Both the position numbers and the translations under genes were made by a program. Shown here in pieces: positions 40,365 through 54,320 of a stretch of 64,000 nucleotides of DNA. Each line of letters begins with the position of its first letter. Within the stretch, counting starts at the first letter, position 1. The stretch comes from Eledone cirrhosa (taxonomy: Eukaryota), in NCBI GenBank assembly GCA_964016885.1, contig OZ024744.1, positions 135,656,001 through 135,720,000 on the forward strand, in the 5' to 3' direction. The notes below the pieces were generated by a model. That model saw nothing but the letters and a program-made list of their open reading frames with translations. It made no database searches and was not told the DNA's origin.

Positions 40365-41098
40365 ATGTCCCAAATGCAAAGTATGGGTGCATAAAAGATG
40401 TAGTGGGATCACAGGTAAGCTAACTAAGAACATAGATTTTACATGTGGGCGGTGCTCTGGTGCAATAAGTAGCAGCAAGTGCCCACAAAATACTAGCTCC
40501 TTCAACTGCGCAGAGGGTTCTATAGAAATAGTGGACAGCTTCCGTTACCTGGGTGACAAAATCAGCAGTGGGGGAGGGTGCTCTGAAAGTACAGTAGCTA
40601 GAGTCAGAACTGGATGGAAAAAGTTCAGAGAGCTTATACCACTATTAGCCGCTAAAGTGTTCTCCCTAAAAATCCACACCGCCCCTTTCAATGTAAAGTT
40701 ATGTTGGTCCCACAACATCCAGGCCGAAACAAATGAGATCGTGTAGGTGTCACGACAAAAAAACACACAGTCCACGCTGTAAATGTGGCCGTGTAGGCAA
40801 CACGGTAAAAACATCCCAGCCCCACACTGTAAATGTGGTTGGTGTTAGGAAGGGCATCCAGCTGTAGAAAACCCGCCAGACAGTCCACGCTGTAATGTGG
40901 CCGTGTAGGCAACACGGTAAAAACCTCCCAGCCCCACACTGTAAATGTGGTTGGTGTTAGGAAGGGCATCCAACTGTAGAAAACCCGCCAGACAGTCCTA
41001 TGCGAGCAAGACAACCACTCTTACCTCAAGTGGGAATACCCCCGTCCAAACCCATGCAAGCGTGGAACACGGATGCTAAACCTGATGATGATGATGAT
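40365..41098 (+). mobile_element. 5'-truncated, internally deleted RTE inserted in (TA)n
   Basis: [14 protein letters not shown]...DSFRYLGD...GWKKFREL followed by 3'UTR repeats and a (GAT)n tail. Confidence 0.88.
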
Positions 41099-41144
41099 AT
41101 ATATATACATATATATATACACATATATATATACATATATATAC

Positions 41145-41229
<85 letters not shown>

Positions 41230-41420
41230 GTACGTTATTCCGGGTTGAATCGGAGGTAACCACAGTAAGTAAGGTACTCAATACATAGCAGAGTATAACA
41301 GTTTCAATATAGATGAGATTCTACAGGACTAGAACTGTTTCATTCATTAGAAATCATCAGGATGATTTCTAATGAATGAAACAGTTCTAGTCCTGTAGAA
41401 TCTCATCTATATTGAAACTA
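41230..41420. mobile_element. Short PLE-like terminal fragment with inverted duplication (related copies at 50245-50452 and 39316-39360)
   Basis: Palindrome centred near 41361 containing CTGATGA-TTTCTAATGAAT-GAAAC-AGTTCTA-GTC; flanked by (TA)n. Confidence 0.55.
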
Positions 41421-41506
<86 letters not shown>

Positions 41507-41871
41507 CATATATACATATATATATATACATATATACATATATATATATATATACATATATACATATATATATATACATATATACATATATATATATATA
41601 TACATATATACATATATATATATATACATATATACATATATACACATATATACATATATACATATATACATATATACATATATATACATATATACATATA
41701 TATATATATATATGAAATATAAGAATCAAAGAACTGTTCAAAACATTATGAATGTAATCTAGAAGTGTGTACTGCCACTCTAAATTCTGTAATGAATGCT
41801 GACCCACAATATTTGCATATGTATCGGTATGTCTCTTGGCTGAAAAGGAGGTCATGTAACTGTCCATAAAT

Positions 41872-41918
41872 TGCTCCGAAGAATCCAAACCTCGGTTTGG
41901 AGGAAACAGCTGTAAGCA
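41872..41918 (+). ncRNA. Type I hammerhead-like motif with CCGAAGA core variant, within a PLE terminal fragment at 41710-42120
   Basis: TGCT-CCGAAGA-A-TCCAAAC-CTCG-GTTTGGA-G-GAAAC-AGCT-GTA^AGCA, with palindromic stem III. Confidence 0.75.
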
Positions 41919-42139
41919 CAATAATGTTTTGAACAGTTCTTTGATTCTTATATTTCATATAACTGCTCTGTAAATCATCTGATGTTTTTACATTGAGCTA
42001 CTTAACTTACTGGTAATAAGGTAGTAATACTTTACTGCCTACCACTATTTAGGGTGTATATAAAAAATACTTATAACTGCATAAGGCTTTGTATTTACAT
42101 AACCATAAATAGTATAACTAATACTATATATATATATAC

Positions 42140-42254
<115 letters not shown>

Positions 42255-42255
42255 A

Positions 42256-42296
<41 letters not shown>

Positions 42297-42490
42297 GATA
42301 AATCTACCAAGAGTTTACGGTAGTGTCCAATCCGTATGAAGAACTCAATGTAATCCGGATATCATGGAAAGAAGAGATGCAATGAAAAATCACTTTCGGT
42401 GAAAGATAAACGGAATACAGAGTCAAGATAAAATATTAAAAAAATAATGAATAAAACAATGAAACAGTTCCTTATATTAAACAAAAAAAG

Positions 42491-42644
42491 TTCATTATTT
42501 AACGATCGTTTCTAGGATATATATGTGTTAGAATTGGCATGCATATTCAACAGATCTATGTACAAAATTATACAAAATTATACAAACTATCAAAATTAAA
42601 TATATATACCAACACATATATATGCCGTCTTCAGAAATAATGAA
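42491..42644 (-). ncRNA. Family A hammerhead with long stem II
   Basis: Reverse complement of 47564-47717. Confidence 0.72.
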
Positions 42645-43269
42645 ATATATTTATTGATAATAACAACAATTCAAAATTACAGGTCTGTTTGGGAACAGAG
42701 TTCAAATTGACCAATGAAAACACAAAAAGTTTATACAGTTAGGTGTATGTATATATGTAAGTAACTTCGTTCACAGATATGCATAAAAATATATATGTCC
42801 ACATGCATGCGCATGCCGAAAAGATGTATGTAAATACAAAAATTCAGGGCTAATGTCTCTGTATGTTTATAATCTACAGATAAAATACGTATACGCATAT
42901 AAACATATAAATATAAAAATAAATATATACACATTCATATACTCACACATATACATACATTCACGCGCGTATACGCATAAACATACACACAACCACGAAC
43001 ATACATACACACACACCCCCACACACATATATGTGTATATACTATTATCATAAGCATATGGACATTAATGCGCGCACATAAACACTGCCACACATACTAA
43101 GATCCAGATACAGAAAGTAGGTGGGGGGGAAGAGGTCAGTATTTACAGGTGTCAGCAAACTGCCTATTTATAAATGTATCTATAAATTTAGAAAGAAAAA
43201 GAAAAAGAAAAAGAAAAAGAAAAAGAAAAAGAATAAAGAAAAATATTAAGAAAATATATATATATATAT

Positions 43270-43336
<67 letters not shown>

Positions 43337-43620
43337 TATAAACAAACAAAATATAAAATATATATCGATATACATACATATACATATATATATACATATA
43401 TATATATATACATATATATACATACATATACATACACATATACATAAACACATACATACACATACATATACATACACACACCATATAAATACACATACAC
43501 ATACACACACGCATACATATAGAGACACATACATATACACATAAAATACATAGACATATACATATATACACACATGTATATATATATATATACACACATA
43601 CATACATATATACATTCACA

Positions 43621-43715
<95 letters not shown>

Positions 43716-43786
43716 TCTATACATATATATAAACACACTCATGTATATACACACATACACATACAAACCCGCACATATATATATAT

Positions 43787-43854
<68 letters not shown>

Positions 43855-43886
43855 ATACACACATATACACATACACACATACAAAG

Positions 43887-43917
<31 letters not shown>

Positions 43918-43926
43918 TATAATATA

Positions 43927-43997
<71 letters not shown>

Positions 43998-44301
43998 TAT
44001 ACATACACATACATACATATACATACTCATACATAGACATACATATATACACACACACACACATACACACATACATATACGCATATATACACATACATAC
44101 ACATCCATCTATGCGTATACACATACAAACACAACCACACGCTCACACAACTCAGACATACATAAATAAAGGGATATACATACACATGTATACATATATA
44201 GAGATACATATACACATATAAATATATACACACATACACACACACACACATATACAGACACATACATACACACATACATATATATACACACACATATACA
44301 T

Positions 44302-44344
<43 letters not shown>

Positions 44345-44450
44345 TATATAAAAATAAAGAAATAAAAGAAATAAATAAATAAATAAATTAATACACACAG
44401 TCAGACAAATATGCACACACATACATGTACACATATATATAGACATACAT

Positions 44451-44541
<91 letters not shown>

Positions 44542-44583
44542 CATATACATACATATATATATACACACATACACACATCAACT

Positions 44584-44647
<64 letters not shown>

Positions 44648-44651
<4 letters not shown>

Positions 44652-45029
44652 AAAGTTATATTTAAATTGTTGGGTTACAACTAGTAAATATTTATAACTG
44701 ATATAAAAGCACTCAACAAGTATTTGGAGTATATTTACGAAATTAAATAATTGGAAACTACATCTACAAAACCATATCTATTTCATCATACATACCTCAG
44801 GGACATCACACTAACAATATGCTATGCCCTCCTCAGACAAAACACTGCCAAATCAACTTTTCAAATACAAGTCGATGTTGAACGGTATGTCAAATCTATT
44901 TATTTATAAAACTGTCTATATTGTATTTTGTCTGAAGAAGGCACAACACATCGTCAATATGACATCCCTGAAACATATATAATGAAACAAACATGGCCCT
45001 ACAAATACAGCCTCCATTCATTCAACATC

Positions 45030-45031
<2 letters not shown>
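44648..45031. mobile_element. Fold-back terminal fragment of PLE family B with clustered T>C changes
   Basis: 44648-44845 is the reverse complement of ~50019-50219, and ~44863-45031 matches ~49957-50127. Confidence 0.88.
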
Positions 45032-45085
<54 letters not shown>

Positions 45086-45195
45086 TCACATATACATGCG
45101 CCCATACGTACATATATACACATACACACATATACACATAGACGTACATATGCGCATACATATACATACACACATATACCCACATAAATACATAG

Positions 45196-45234
<39 letters not shown>

Positions 45235-45925
45235 TATACATATATATACATACATATATATATATACACACACACAATCATACACCCTTATTTACATGCG
45301 CACATATGTATTTTTATACTCACATACAAACACCCAAACATACATACCTACCTACATATACATACATACATCCACGCTTACAAATGCAAATAATAATAGG
45401 GGGGGGATTATAGTAAATATAGGTTTCAAGAAACATAGAATATTAATCTGCATTTAGATCATAATATGTGTTTACATAGTAGTTTCAGTATTAGGAAATG
45501 TAAGAAAGAAGGCAAAATTATGCATATTAATATAAGTAGACTATTAATTATAGGTTAACTAAATTAAAGATAGTTATTATATTGATTTCTAAGGTGTATA
45601 CTACTTAGGTTTATAATATTTGAAGCGGAATTTTGAAGTTAAATAGTAGTAGAGTATTAATTATAGTATAACTTAATTAAAATTATTAACGTTATGGTAT
45701 CAATATTAGGAAATGAATTTAGTAATAGGGAAAAAAAACAAATAAAGTATTACATCGGTAGTAGAATATAAATTATAGGTTAACTAAATTAAAAATTATA
45801 TATTAATTTCTATAGTATATGTTAATTAGGTTTATAATAATTAAAACAGATATTGTATTTTATCTATAGTAGAATATAATTATAGGTAAACAGAAATTAA
45901 AATTAATATATACACATATATATAT

Positions 45926-46018
<93 letters not shown>

Positions 46019-46495
46019 TATATATATATACATATTTTTTCAAAAATTGCAAAGAATATATTAACTAGGTATACATCCAAAAACTATCTCAGTCTATGAT
46101 TACATGACACTCTGCAATCCATCTGTATTAGGATTTTAATTTTAAGCCAATTAAATTAAATTTTTAGGTTAACCAAATTAAAACCAAATTATAAATATAT
46201 TTCTAAAATGTACAATAATTAGGTCTATAATATTAAAAAATATTTCTCTGTCATTGAATACACGATATTTTGTTATATTTTATCTGTAAAGGAATTTTAA
46301 TAAAAGGTTAAATAAATTAAAATAAATCTATAAATTAATTTACGAAGTATATATTAGTAATATTTAAAAGTTTTTCACAATTTATGATTACACAATATTT
46401 TATAATCTCATCTGTAGTAGAATTTTAATTAAATTAAATCTATAGGTTAACTAACATTTAAATTAAATTATATATTAATTTCTAAAATAATTTTA

Positions 46496-47208
46496 TTAAT
46501 TAGGTTTATAATATTTAAATGTTTTTCTTAGTTTATGATTACACGATATAATTAATTCCTGTCGTTTATTTAATAAGATATCCTTAGATTTCATTATTTC
46601 AAATAGTTCTTGGGAACATAATCTACATTCATTTCTATTATTTTGATAAGGGGTGGCTCTTTTGAGCACACTCCAGGTCATATCATATTCTATATTCTTA
46701 TTTTTATAACTGTTGATTTTTTCTGCTAGAGATGTTGTATTAGCCAGTGCGGCATTTTTAAAACTATGTTTGTGGGTATTAAACCTTACCTTAAAATTGT
46801 TAGAAGTAGCTCCTATATATGAGCAAATAGAATCTTTAGTTTTAACATTACATTTATAAACTATGTTGTTAACAAGACAATTTCCTTTTAATGGGCAGTT
46901 TGCTTTGTTTCTACAGTTACAACCTTTCGTTAATTCTGTATTTGAGGAGATATTATGGTTAGTTTGATGTATTGGTGGTATACTTATGGTATTCTTACAT
47001 TTATATGCATTATAGGCGCTTATATTTTGTTTTATGTTATTGGTTGTTGAGTATGAGAATTTAACTGTAGATCTATTTAAGATTTGATGGTATTTGTGGT
47101 TTGGCGGGAAGTTTTTCTCTAGGATATAAAAATATTTTTTAGCAATATTATCCTTAATTTGTAAATTAAATGGAGCATTATACCAAGTAACTCGTCTATT
47201 ACGGTTAT
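46496..47208 (-). pseudogene. PLE C-terminal GIY-YIG endonuclease region, uninterrupted frame without a start codon
   Basis: RRVTWYNAPF...NRSTVKFSYS...CNCRNKANCPLKGNCLVNNIVYKC...YIGAT..FKVRFNTHKHSF...CRLCSQE...LNKRQE...CNH. Confidence 0.9.
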
Positions 47209-47563
47209 TGTGTGTATGTTTATTCGTATACGCGCGTGTGTGTGTGAATGTATGTATATGTGTGAGTATATGAATGTGTATATATTTATTTTTATATTTA
47301 TATGTTTATATGCGTATACGTATTTTATCTGTAGATTATAAACATACAGAGACATTAGCCCTGAATTTTTGTATTTACATACATCTTTTCGGCATGCGCA
47401 TGCATGTGGACATATATATTTTTATGCATATCTGTGAACGAAGTTACTTACATATATACATACACCTAACTGTATAAACTTTTTGTGTTTTCATTGGTCA
47501 ATTTGAACTCTGTTCCCAAACAGACCTGTAATTTTGAATTGTTGTTATTATCAATAAATATGT

Positions 47564-47717
47564 TTCATTATTTCTGAAGACGGCATATATATGTGTTGGT
47601 ATGTATATTTAATTTTGATAGTTTGTATAATTTTGTATAATTTTGTACATAGATCTGTTGAATATGCATGCCAATTCTAACACATATATATCCTAGAAAC
47701 GATCGTTAAATAATGAA
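47564..47717 (+). ncRNA. Family A type I hammerhead with a 115-nt stem II region
   Basis: TTCATTATTT-CTGAAGA-[long hairpin]-GAAAC-GATC-GTT^AAATAATGAA, with a perfect 10-bp stem I and palindromic stem III. Confidence 0.75.
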
Positions 47718-47793
47718 CTTTTTTTGTTTAATATAAGGAACTGTTTCATTGTTTTATTCATTATTTTTTTAATATTTTTAAATATATATATAT

Positions 47794-47821
<28 letters not shown>

Positions 47822-47824
<3 letters not shown>

Positions 47825-50215
47825 GGATCTCGTCGAATAGAAAGATTTTCGACGAAAAGGCCCAATACTATAATGAAGCATTAGCTAGGGCAGGATATGC
47901 TGATAAGATTGTGTACATAGATAATGATAGACAAACTAAACAAAGTAACAACTTTTTTAATTACGGCAACAACCTTAACAACTATAATAGAAAGCATTAC
48001 AATAATTCCAAAGGCCAAAAAAGAAATAGAACTAGGAACATAATTTGGTTTGCCCCCCCTTTCTCACTAAACATTAAAACCCACATCGCTAAATTATTTT
48101 TCAAAGCTCTTGATAATCGCTTCCCTAGAACACATAGGTATCACTCAATTTTCAATAGGCATACAATTAAATTAACCTACTCATCCACCAAAAATTTAGC
48201 ACAAAATATTAATAGAATAAATAATAGGAACTTAAAACCTAGTGATAATAGCATAAATAATATACAAGTTAACAAATGTAACTGTAGAGATAGATCTAAA
48301 TGTCCGTTAAATAACAACTGCTTAGTTAAAAATATAGTATACAATTGTAATGTTAATACTGACTCTAATTCTTTTAACTACATCGGTTCCACATCGACGG
48401 AATTTAAACTTCGCTATAATAACCACAAGAATTCGTTCACAGATCCAAGTAAAAAATCTTCAACGGCACTATCAGGCGTACTCTGGCAACTTAAGCTAGA
48501 TAACGTTAGATATTCGACGGCTTGGAATATAGTCTCAAGAGGGATTCCTTTTAATTCATCCTCTGAGACATGTGACCTCTGCGCAGAGGAGATATTCTTT
48601 ATACTAAAATCTAAAAATTCCCTTAATCTACGGACAAATTTATTCAGTTGTTGCAAACATAGATTAAACTCAACGTTTAAATATAAATTTAAATTTAAAA
48701 TGTGGTATATTTAGTTTGATTCATATTTATATGTGAAACTAGCCGATAAATTTTTGATTCCTTCTTTTTATTCTTTTTTTATTGTTTATTTTTATTTTAT
48801 TTTTATTTAAACATTCCTCATGAAAAATTAAGCTACCCTAAAAGCTGATGCTCCAAATATTTTGAATAAACCTTACACTAGATAAACTTCTATATTAAAT
48901 ATAAGAACACATGTAGACCAATTCGGACATCATAAACTTTTTGAATTGATCTTTGCTAGATGTGATTTGATAGATAATTTTTTAACTTTGTCTTATAATG
49001 AACTTGGCAATATATTGTCAATTAATTTTGAAGGGTTGATCTTTGTGGTTTATTTTTATTTTTATTTTTTATTTATTTTTTTATTATTGTAGTATTTTAT
49101 AATATTTTTTTATTTTTATTTTTAATATCTTTAATATGTAAAAAATTTTTAATACGTAATATATTTTTTAATATGTAATATTTTTAATATATAATATTCT
49201 TTCGTAATATTTTTTTAGTTTTCTATTTTATTATTACTTATTATTATTATTATTGTTATCTTTTTATTTTTTTAGTTTTTGTTTCTGATATATATTTTAT
49301 TAGTATATTGAAATCTGCTCTCTATTTCTGCTTGATAGATAATCTTGTAGAATAAAGACAGGAATAATAATACACATATATGTATACTCAAATTTTTATA
49401 CCACATTGAGAATGTTTTCCGTGAACTTAGAGTTTGCAGAGTTGATCATGTGGATGTTTGTAGATATCACATAAACATATGAATTTTTTTAAAAAACTAA
49501 ACATAAGATAATTAATTTTCACACACTATGGATACTTGTCTCATTCAGGAATACTGATATTTACAATATAGTGGCCGTTTTATAAATACTAATACATTAA
49601 AACATAGGGTTTTTACGCCTCGAATATATCTGGCTATTTTTAAATTTTTTTCTCTCGCTATTTTTTCTCTCTCTATATTTTTTTTTCTCTCTATATATAT
49701 CTCCCTTACATTAATACTAGAGCTAAATAAATAAATGTATCATTGATACATTTACTGAACTGACCTCCCACTACCTAATTTTCTATATATATATGTATCT
49801 ATCTCTATTTCCTCTCTTTCTGTTTCTTTACATGAAGTTCTTCTCTTTATCTATCTTTCCATCTCTCTATTTTGTTCCTTTTCTTCGTTTTCTGTTTTTC
49901 TTTTTTTCTTTCTTTCTCTCTGTGTAAAATTTTCTCACTGCCTGTTTTAACCTCTCCAAATGCAAGTCGGTGTTATTACGGTATGTCGAATCTATTTATC
50001 TATAAAACTGTTTATATTGTATTTTGTCTGAGGAAGACATAGCATATTGTTAATATGATATCCCCGAAATATATATAATGAAATAAATATGGTTTTATAA
50101 ATATAGTTTCCATTTATTTAATATTGTAAATATACTCCAAATATTTGTCGAGTGCTTTTATATCAGTTATAAATATTTACTAGTTGTAACCCAACAATTT
50201 TAAATATAACTTTCC

Positions 50216-50219
<4 letters not shown>
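47822..50219 (+). mobile_element. 5'-truncated Naiad-type PLE (family B) inserted in (TA)n
   Basis: Open frame to 48714: RT-thumb end (SSNRKIF...YNEAL.RAGY), RNIIWFAPPFS, CNC..CPL..C, IVY..YIG, CDLC..E, LN.R...CKH. AT-rich 3'UTR ending in a hammerhead-bearing terminus. Confidence 0.88.
50013..50091 (+). ncRNA. Family B hammerhead
   Basis: TATTTTGT-CTGAGGA-[stem II]-GAAA-T-ATAT-ATA^ATGAAATA. Confidence 0.62.
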
Positions 50220-50247
<28 letters not shown>

Positions 50248-50598
50248 TCCGGGTTGAATCGGAGGTAACCACAGTAAGTAAGGTACTCAATACATTGCAG
50301 AGTATAAAAGTTTTAATATAGATGAGATTCTACAGGACTAGAACTTTAGAAATCATCAGGAATCAGGAGATTCAAGAGAATCAGGAGATTCCTGATGATT
50401 TTTAAAGAATGAAACAGTTCTAGTCCTGTAGAATCTCATCTATATTAAAACTTATATATATACATATATATATATACATATATATACATTTATATATATA
50501 TATACATATATATATATACATATATATACATATATATATATACATATATATATATACATATATATATACATATATATAAATATATATAAATATATATA

Positions 50599-53500
50599 TC
50601 ATCATCATCATCATCACCGTTTTACGTCCGTTCTTCCACGCTAGCATGGGTTAGACGGGTCGTCCTGTTGTGGGCAGTGTCTGGTCGGCTGACCATGCCT
50701 TGCTCATACAGGAACTGATCTGGCTTGATTTCTACAGCTGGATGCCCTTCCTAACACCAACCTCATTTACAGTGAGTGCTGGGTGCTTTTTCGTGGCGCC
50801 TACACATCCACTTTACAGTGTGGGCTGGGTGCTTTTTTTGCCGTGGCACCTCCACGACCACCTTGCGGTGGGGGGGGGGCATATTGTCTATATGCTTCAG
50901 CTTGTACGCATGGGAGGTCGGGTACTCTGTATTACTGCGTGACGCCAGAAGTCACGGTCGTGTGTCATTGTCTTTGAGAGGTGTAATTGGGTAAGGTCGG
51001 CTTTTATCACCTCATCCCAGGTCATCTTGGGACTCCCCACTCCGCGGTTTCCATCAACTTCTAGTGCTCTGCACCTTTTTATGCAGCTGTCATCCTCCAT
51101 ACGCATCACATGTCCATACCAGCGCAACCGCCTCTCCTGCACACAGCATTTGATTCCTCTTATGCTCAGTCTCTCTCTCAATTCATTTATGCTTTGTCGT
51201 TCACGTATATTACTGTTACACATCCATCGGAGCATGCAGGCTTCGTTTCTCTCTAATCTACGTAAGTCTTCCACCTTAAGCGCCCAGGTCTCACTACCAT
51301 GCAACATCGCTGTTCGGATACACGCATCATACAGTCTGCCTTTCATTCTGGGGGAGAAGCCTTTTGCAGCTAGCAGTGGTAGTAGTTCCCTAAACTTCTT
51401 CCATCCCGTTCTTACCCTAGTTATTGTACTTTCTGAACACCCACCTCCGTTGCTAATTCGGTCACCTAGGTAGCAGAAGCTGTCTACTGTTTCTACAGGG
51501 CCCTCCCAGAGATTGGTGGTACTTGTTTCCTGTGGCTGTTTGCTGCTTGCTGTCTCAGCAAAGCTGCTGCATGTGAATCCTACATTCTTAATTAAGCTTC
51601 CTGAGATCCCGCTACATCTCTTGTGTACCCATTGTTTGCATTTGGGGCAGAGAATGGAGTTCCTACTTACACCTTTCCTACATACTGAGCAAGGCCATTT
51701 CCCTGAGGGGACCTGGGTTCTGTTTTCTCGTCTACTTACAAGGACCTTAGACTTTGTCATGTTGACTTTGAGACCCTTTCTTTCTAGTCCCTGCTTCCAG
51801 GTTTGGAATTTATTCTCTAGTTCTACCATAGATTCAGCTATGAGTGCGAGGTCATCAGCATACAGGAGTTCCCATGGGCATCCGGTCTTAAACTCCTCCG
51901 TTATTGCCTGCAGGACTATGATGAACAGGAGAGGGCTAAGAACAGAGCCCTGGTGGACACCAACCTGTATGCTAAATTCCTCGCTATACTCATTGCTCAT
52001 CCTAACTTTGCTGACTGCTCCCCTATACATCGCTTGTACCGCTTTCACAAGCGATTCATCTACTCCTAGTTTTCTAAAGCCCACCAGATTACAGCACGTG
52101 GAACTCTGTCAAAGGCTTTCTCAAGGTCGACAAATGCCAAGTAGAGTGGCTTACTTTTAGCTAGGTACTTTTCCTGTAATTGCCTCACAAGGAAGAGGGC
52201 ATCAGTGGTGCCTCTTCCTGGTACAAACCCAAATTGCATTTCGTCTATTTTCACCCGGTCCCTAATCAGCTGTGCTATAACTCTTTCTGTTACTTTCATG
52301 ACCTGGTCCATCAACTTTATACCTCTATAGTTTCCTCTATCTAGTGCATCGCCTTTACCTTTGTAGCAGTTGACAATGATGCTACTGCACCAATCTTTTG
52401 GTATGGCCCCTTCTAGTATTACCTGGTTAACAATACGTGTGGTTATAGTGTGACCTACAGACCCAGATGCCTTCAGCATCTCGGCAGCTATACCCGATGG
52501 ACCGGTTGCCTTCCCCATCTTCATATCTTTGATTGCCTTACTTACTACGCTGCTGCTGACTTTTACTGCTGGTCCCTCTATAGGGTCTACTTGGGGTAGG
52601 GTTTCTTCTTCCCATGCATTCTCCTCATTTAGTAATCTATCATAATGACTCTTCCATGCATCTTTCTTCTCAGCACTTGTGAGGGCAAGCTCACCGTTAT
52701 CATTCCGGATACACTTCTCTCCAATGACATCACAACTATCTCTGACACACTGCCTCGCAATCTTGAATACCTCCTGTTTCTGGTCCTCACGTTGTAAAAC
52801 ATGCTTGAATTTTCTATCCTCTGCTTCCCTCCTAGCTAAGTATACTTGTCGCCTAGCTTCCCTCTTGGTCTCTATGTAATGTACCCTGCTCCCCCCGTTC
52901 TTCCATTCTTTCCATGCCTGTCTCTTGGCCTTAACTGCTTCATCTACCTTATTGTTCCACCACCTCCTGCTTGAGGTCTTACTCCAGCCACAGACCTCAT
53001 CCGTCGCCTCTAGTAAATTATTTTTTAGGAACTCCCAGTTCTCTTCTACATTAAATGTCTCTATCTGTTCTTCTTTACTCTCGTAGGCGTTGAGTAAAAT
53101 ATCGTTAAATCTGTTACTGGTTGAGGGGACTTTCAGCTTCCAGATCTTTCTTCTCCAGGTTGGCCTCTGTTTCCGGGTTCGTCTAGTTCTGACAACTAAG
53201 CTATGTTGGGATGTACATTCCTCACTAGGGAAGGCTTTTGTGTTTACGACCATCCATCTGTCACGTCCTCTGATGAGGATAAAATCTAACTGACTAGAGT
53301 GCTCCCCTGATCTATAGGTGATCAGGTGGTTGTCGGGTTTTTTAAAGTTTGTGTTACATATCGACATGTCATTGGCGTCGCAGAATTCTAGAAGTCAGAA
53401 TCCTTCCTCATTTCTTGTGCCAACCCCATGGCCTCCATGTACTCTATTGAAGCCGTCGCAGTGTTTACCTACGTGTCCGTTAAAATCTCCTGCGATGATT

Positions 53501-54130
53501 AGGAAGTCATTGTCGTCTGTTAGAGCAGTAGTGTGCATTAGGGACTCGTAAAACCTATCCTTAAGTTCGTCTGGCAACCCCGATTGGGGTGCGTAAGCTG
53601 ATATTATTGTGGTAATTGTTTTATTCAGGACTAGTCTGAGTTTAATGATTCTTGCATTTACCCTGTACACTGAGATTACTTTATCTACCCACTTGTCAGC
53701 TAGTAGTATACCTACACCACCCATCCCATCATCATTTCCCACCCAGAAAAATTTGTAGTACCTACTTTTTCCTACAAGGACTCTAGCAGACCCTCCTCTC
53801 CATCTAGTCTCTTGCACACAGCATACATCAACTTCCTTTCGATCTAGCATTTCTATGATTTCTCCTGCTCTTCCTTTCATTGAGCCTACATTGATGGTAC
53901 CAACTCGGAGTTTTGGGCATTTGTCGACACTCGTAGGGGAGGGTCTCTGGGTTGGTGCTTCACGTGGGGGCTTGGTAGCTCACAGATTCATATTTCATCT
54001 ATTGATTCAGAGTTGCTCAAATTTATTCTCAGCTCATCCATCCATAACAGTAGGAAAATTGAGGGCTAGAAGAACAGTGGTGGTGGGGTAATGGCAGGGT
54101 GTGTTGGGCTGCGACAGGGGAGGAGAGAGT
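50599..54130 (-). mobile_element. Near full-length RTE LINE (second family) with frameshifts, inserted in (TA)n
   Basis: ORFs 53395-53880, 52066-53367 and 50897-52084 give APE, RT (YADD), zinc finger and RRLRWYGHV; (ATG)n tail. Confidence 0.95.
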
Positions 54131-54320
54131 TAGTTAGGTAGTAGTAGTAGTAGCAGCAGAAGAAATGGCATGCTGAGGTTTGATTGGTCGAATAGGCTAT
54201 ATATATTTATAAATATATATATATATACATATATATATACATATATATAAATATATGTAAATATATATATATATTTATAAATATATATATATATATACAT
54301 ATATATACATATATATATAT

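Larger units (their letters stand above)
42294..47780 (-). mobile_element. 5'-truncated Naiad-type PLE (family A): GIY-YIG ORF end, long microsatellite-rich 3' region, hammerhead-bearing terminus and inverted 5' terminal copy (47204-47780)
   Basis: Open frame at 46496-47208, and 47204-47780 is the reverse complement of ~42430-42995. Continuity across 44405-45900 is inferred. Confidence 0.78.

Noticed and set aside
46496-48714. Selenocysteine recoding, reported for some Naiad PLEs
   Set aside because: Both GIY-YIG frames use ordinary TGT/TGC at the conserved Cys positions, and no in-frame TGA was seen.
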